Below are positions 51,468 to 55,885 of a DNA stretch of 55,885 nucleotides, one piece after another. Within the stretch, counting starts at the first letter, position 1; the number at the start of each line of letters is the position of its first letter. The notes beneath the pieces are model-generated. The model was not told the origin of the DNA, did no database searches, and saw only the letters and a list, made by a program, of their open reading frames with translations. This DNA comes from Girardia tigrina. Its lineage: Eukaryota. The stretch lies in NCBI GenBank assembly GCA_001938485.1, contig MQRK01217566.1, positions 1 to 55,885 of the forward strand, given 5' to 3'. A program made the position numbers and the translations under genes.

Positions 51468-52750
51468 TTTAAATTGTTCCATCAAAGAATTTTAATATCT
51501 TTTATAAAAATAGATTTATTATAAACTTTAAGAAAACAAGATTCTTCAATCTTCATTATTTTAAAATACTCTCAATTGAAGAATCGAAAGTTCTAAGAGA
51601 CAAGAGATGTAAGAAGATATTTGTTACTGATGATCATCTCAAATCTGTTGACTCTAAATATTAAAATAACATTTTGTAATTTTTAATAGTTATAACTTTA
51701 AAGAACTTCCGAATCTCTCTTGTCTCTTTAATTACGAAAATATCTTTTATAAAAAAATAATGCCATAAATAAATAAAATAAATAAACGTTTAAATGCGGA
51801 GAAATACTTTTCATCCTTGAGTCCAAAATCAAGGATAACTCTAAGATGGTTTATAAACAAATTGGTTTAGTCAACAGTTTATTTATTACTGTGGGACCGC
51901 ATTTGGGTTTCTTTGAATTAATTTTAATTTATGTGAATCTTATTTTCTTAAATAAAACTTTAATTAAAATTTCTTTCTCGTCAATGAATTTAAAAAATAA
52001 AACATTATTATTTAACATATTAAAATTATAAATAATACAAGACGAGCACTTCATATTAAAGCCAAGTCTATTTCCTTAAATATTTTTGACTATTAAACAA
52101 AACCCTATTTCTACAAGAACCAAAAGTCAATAAAGTAATTTTTTTATTTCTAATAAAATGGCATAAAAATAAGACTATAGACGCTAAGTATACACTTTTT
52201 AGTTTGGGTAGCAACTTTTGTAAGGTCAATTAGGTAAATTTTATCTTTTCAGTCAATTTTTCGGGTCTATTAAATGAATTTTTATTTAAGAAAATAATTT
52301 TAAAAAGTTGCAAAAACTGAATTTTTTTATTGAATTAAATAAAAATAATCAATTGATCAGAAAAAAATTTTAAAATATTGAAAATTTAAAAAAGATTAAA
52401 AATATTAACAATGATATACTCGGGTTTATATATCAAAGCAATGTTTATGCAATCATTATGCCAAAAGTATTAAAATAAAAATTTGAACAAGATTGAGATT
52501 TATGTGAAGAAATATTCACAGGGATTCGATGCATCTTCATCTGGGATATTTTTCTGCAAATTATGTTCAAATTCAATGGTAATACGTATCGAAATTCGCA
52601 AAGGAACTAGAATAACATTCCTCAAGATAACCAGAAGCGGTAGCTCCTCATCATGGACAAAAATTATTTTCCGATATACAGATCAAAGCATTTTTGAAAG
52701 CATATATTCCACTTTCTAAATTACGAAAGACTTTTGTCTTGAATTAAGAC

Positions 52751-52877
52751 TGTGAGGAATATTTTGAATGTTTGATGTTTGTGTTTGAATGTTGTATGTT
52801 GATTTGGAATTGTCTCTTTTACTCAGATGGATGATTAATATTTGAATTCTTATTATCAGAAAATATGTAATGTTTAA
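52751..52877 (+). mobile_element. 5' fragment of Gypsy LTR
   Basis: Closely matches 29085-29212. Confidence 0.8.
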
Positions 52878-52969
52878 GGCAACTTTTAGACTTTCAAGAT
52901 CATTTTTGACCGTATTTTGACCTAAACACTTTAACTCTCAAATGGAAAAGGAAAAAACAATTATAAAAT

Positions 52970-54005
52970 CTATTTATTATACATTGCTTTTATGTAAAAA
53001 ACAACGTTTTTAGGTTTAAAATTCCTATCTTTGGCAAGCAATTTACCGAGAAGAGAAAAAATTTTCTCTACACAGGCCGATGTTGGCTGACATTTTAATA
53101 AGAGTTCATAATCAGCCAGAGAAACGGTGTCTGATTCCATTCTGAAAAGTCTAACAAAATCCTTTTTTTGTAAGCGATTTTCTATTTACTCCTTAATTGT
53201 GACGAGATCATTGCCAGAACTTAGAGATTTTATCTATGAGTAAAGATTTTCGGTTGTGCTGGTTGAAAGTTCAGTAAATGTAACCAATTCATTAATTTGA
53301 AGATAAGTTGAGCATATTTCAACAGGATTTTGAGCAAGATTAGGGGATTGAATAGATTCTTTTGCTTTAGCAACTATGATGCCATCTCTACCAAAAGATA
53401 AATTACTCCTTTTTTACGACTGGTAGATTTTTGGAATAGTAATGGGCTGCTGACAGCCAAGAACCCAACCATGTAAAAAACTGACTCAGGTGGACTTTCT
53501 ATATTAGAGAAATATCTCCGATCAGTGTATTGACATATTTTTGGCTGTTAATACCACATTCATTTTTAACCAAGAAAACTTTTTTGTTGTGAATTTTTTC
53601 CTCTATATTTTTAAGTAAATTGTGACATATAAGTTCAACCTTTGATGTACACTTTGAAACTGAGGGCAATGGCATGTTCATGCTAGTAAAAAGCTATTTA
53701 ATGCTTTACTGATGAATTTTGTACAGCCGTATATCAGTTTGCATAAACGCTCTAGTTACTTGATAAGCCCATGAACACTCTGTCGATGCTTCATATAATG
53801 TCAGTGTTGATTGATTTTGAGGTCTCTATAAGTTGTTATTCTTTAGACTGTTTCTGTGGGAATCAACAAAAAATTTATTTTCGCAGTTCACAATATAGTA
53901 GCACAAATTACAATTAAGCTGATCCCTAAAAGTTGTAAATTCGTCTGGATATCTACGAAATATTTCTTTGACTTTGATAATGTACCTACATTTCGTTTTA
54001 GGCAT
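52970..54005 (-). pseudogene. hAT (CGGBP1-like / hAT19-type) transposase
   Basis: MPKR..YPDEF..LNCNLC..VDSH zinc finger, MPLPS..KVFLV, QPTSACVEKIFS (hAT dimerisation motif). Confidence 0.75.
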
Positions 54006-54689
54006 CTTAAAAACTGCATGAAATATATAAATTCAAATATAATAAAAGTAGAATTACTTTTTATCTGGCAATTTGGAATAAATTTTAAATTATTCAAATT
54101 AAAACCAATTTTTCTCGTTAGGAATTAGTGAAATCACTTAATCCTAATAATTAATGTCCAAACAAGTCTCTTCCACTTTGTTGAAAATATTTAATTATTT
54201 ATATCTCAAGCTATCGATTGCATATTTATCAAACTGATATACCGTAAAGTCCGGTGTCAAAGACCCCATATTATTTTTAATGCAAAACTAAGATTTAAAA
54301 TGTTTCGGCGAATAAGATCTCTTATACTTACAATAAACTTAAAGATGAAAAAAATATATTTGTAATTGTTTATTCAAAAAAATATCTTGCGTAAAAATAT
54401 GTAAAACCAATAAAAAGACTAGAAAGATAATAAAATATATTCGTAAAAACAACAAAATTTTAGACGAAAAATTTAAGCAATCAAGTTCAGCAAAAAAATC
54501 TTCTTCTAAATGACATTCACGTAATTCTCTTATAAGTTCATCATCTACCATGGTTAAAAATTGTCATGTGGGCCTTCGTCATCCAATTGTGTGAGATTTA
54601 TTTCCTGGTCTTTGTAAGGATGATTTGTAAATTATGATTGTTGTTGATTTTATTCGTGTAACTTTGGTATGATGTTGATATGTAGATAT

Positions 54690-55330
54690 AGATATGTTGA
54701 ACCTATAACTCGAGTTTTGGTCGAAAATGGTACGAAACCGAAAGTCTTAAATTGTAATGAAATTGTAGCTCCATTATGTCGGATAAATCCTGATACATGG
54801 ATATTATTAACAAATAATAGAGAAGTGAAGAATGTGGAAAAATTTGAACTCACTAAATTAGAGTATTTAATTAATTTTACGTCTTTGAACCAAATGTCAT
54901 CAAATGGAATATACTCCCCGAAGAGGTAGAGGATGCTCGAAGAAATTTATTATTTCTGTCCAAGCGAGAAAGAGTTGTAACTGAAATTGTAGACACTGTA
55001 TTACCAGGAGGCGTTGGTCAAGTTAATTGTGACAATTTTTTGAGTATTACTCATTTTAAGAGAGCAACCATGAAAACTATGAAAAGAATTTGGGGAAGAT
55101 TCGTATTCTTTGGTCAAGCTTGTGCAAGTCTTATTCGTGTTTATGTGATAGATGTCATAATTAAAGTGGTTCTAACTCAGATATTATCAACATATTGATT
55201 ATACACAATGGTTTGAATTTCGTGGCAGGTGATTGTAGGATGTATACCAACTATAGCTAAAAATCTAATAATTCATCATCATAAAAAATATATTAATACA
55301 TTAAAATCGACTATGTTTATGACTCTCTAA
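54690..55330 (+). pseudogene. Chuvirus-G / gB-like (class III fusion) envelope glycoprotein, C-terminal fragment
   Basis: YVEPITRVLVENGT..NC, SSNGIYS/EEVEDARRNLLF..RERVV, RIWGRFVFFGQ, hydrophobic segment, LY..ISW. One frameshift near 54918 and two TGA stops. Confidence 0.7.
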
Positions 55331-55769
55331 GTGTATATTATAAGTAACGTTTATGCAACTTTCAGTATTATCAAATTCGAAATCATAAATTAACATCACA
55401 AAATTTATTAATATCAACAATTCACATATTTAAACAAATTTCTTAATAATTCAATTATTTCGCCCAAAATTAATTCATTAAATTTTTTCGATTAAATTTT
55501 GAAAATTTACGAAATTTAAACCTTAAATTACTTTACATTTTTTTACGAAATTTTTACGAAATTCAAACTTTAAATTAAATTAAATTAAACTTTCAATCAA
55601 ACATTTTACGAAACTTTATCATAAAATCTAATTAATTTAAATTTACAATAAACCCTTTTATTAAAAAATTATTTCTTAAAATATTAATCCGTTAATTATA
55701 TATTTTAAAATTTATTTAAACTTATTTCATAAATTTTATTAAAATATATCAATTGTTAGTACTGTAAGC

Positions 55770-55885
55770 ATTTATATTATAAAAGCCCAAGTCACTGCCT
55801 GCCTGCCTGCCTGCCTGCCTGCTTCACTAACGCTCATATTATCTACTTACAATTGTAAGTAGATAATTATATTAATAATAATTCA
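55770..55885 (+). mobile_element. Helitron-like 5' end with (CTGC)n microsatellite and a 30-bp palindrome
   Basis: TATATTATAAAAG..AAGTCA(CTGC)n..CACTAACGC; perfect palindrome at 55838-55867. Confidence 0.45.

Overview
Very AT-rich eukaryotic genomic DNA with several N gaps; the host cannot be identified from sequence alone, but the TE content is typical of invertebrates or parasites. No intact host protein-coding gene, rRNA, tRNA or CRISPR array is supportable. The window is mostly decayed transposable elements: at least 7 D,D34D mariner copies or remnants, a near-intact DD40D/DD41D element, an IS630-like DD32E and a maT-like remnant, Chapaev3, hAT (CGGBP1-like transposase and a MITE), piggyBac, Tigger and MULE-like MITEs, Helitron-like pieces, a truncated Mag-type Gypsy element with many related solo LTRs, and five Penelope-like (GIY-YIG) 3' ends. 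Two multi-level nested insertions can be reconstructed from TIRs and TSDs. The most notable items are: five minimal hammerhead ribozymes in a compact TATA-initiator-ribozyme-polyA module of Penelope pLTRs; an orphan pseudogenised chuvirus/gB-like envelope glycoprotein fragment; a Gypsy gag whose ATG is formed by the LTR/PBS junction; and an unexplained protein-like frame interrupted only by TGA codons.
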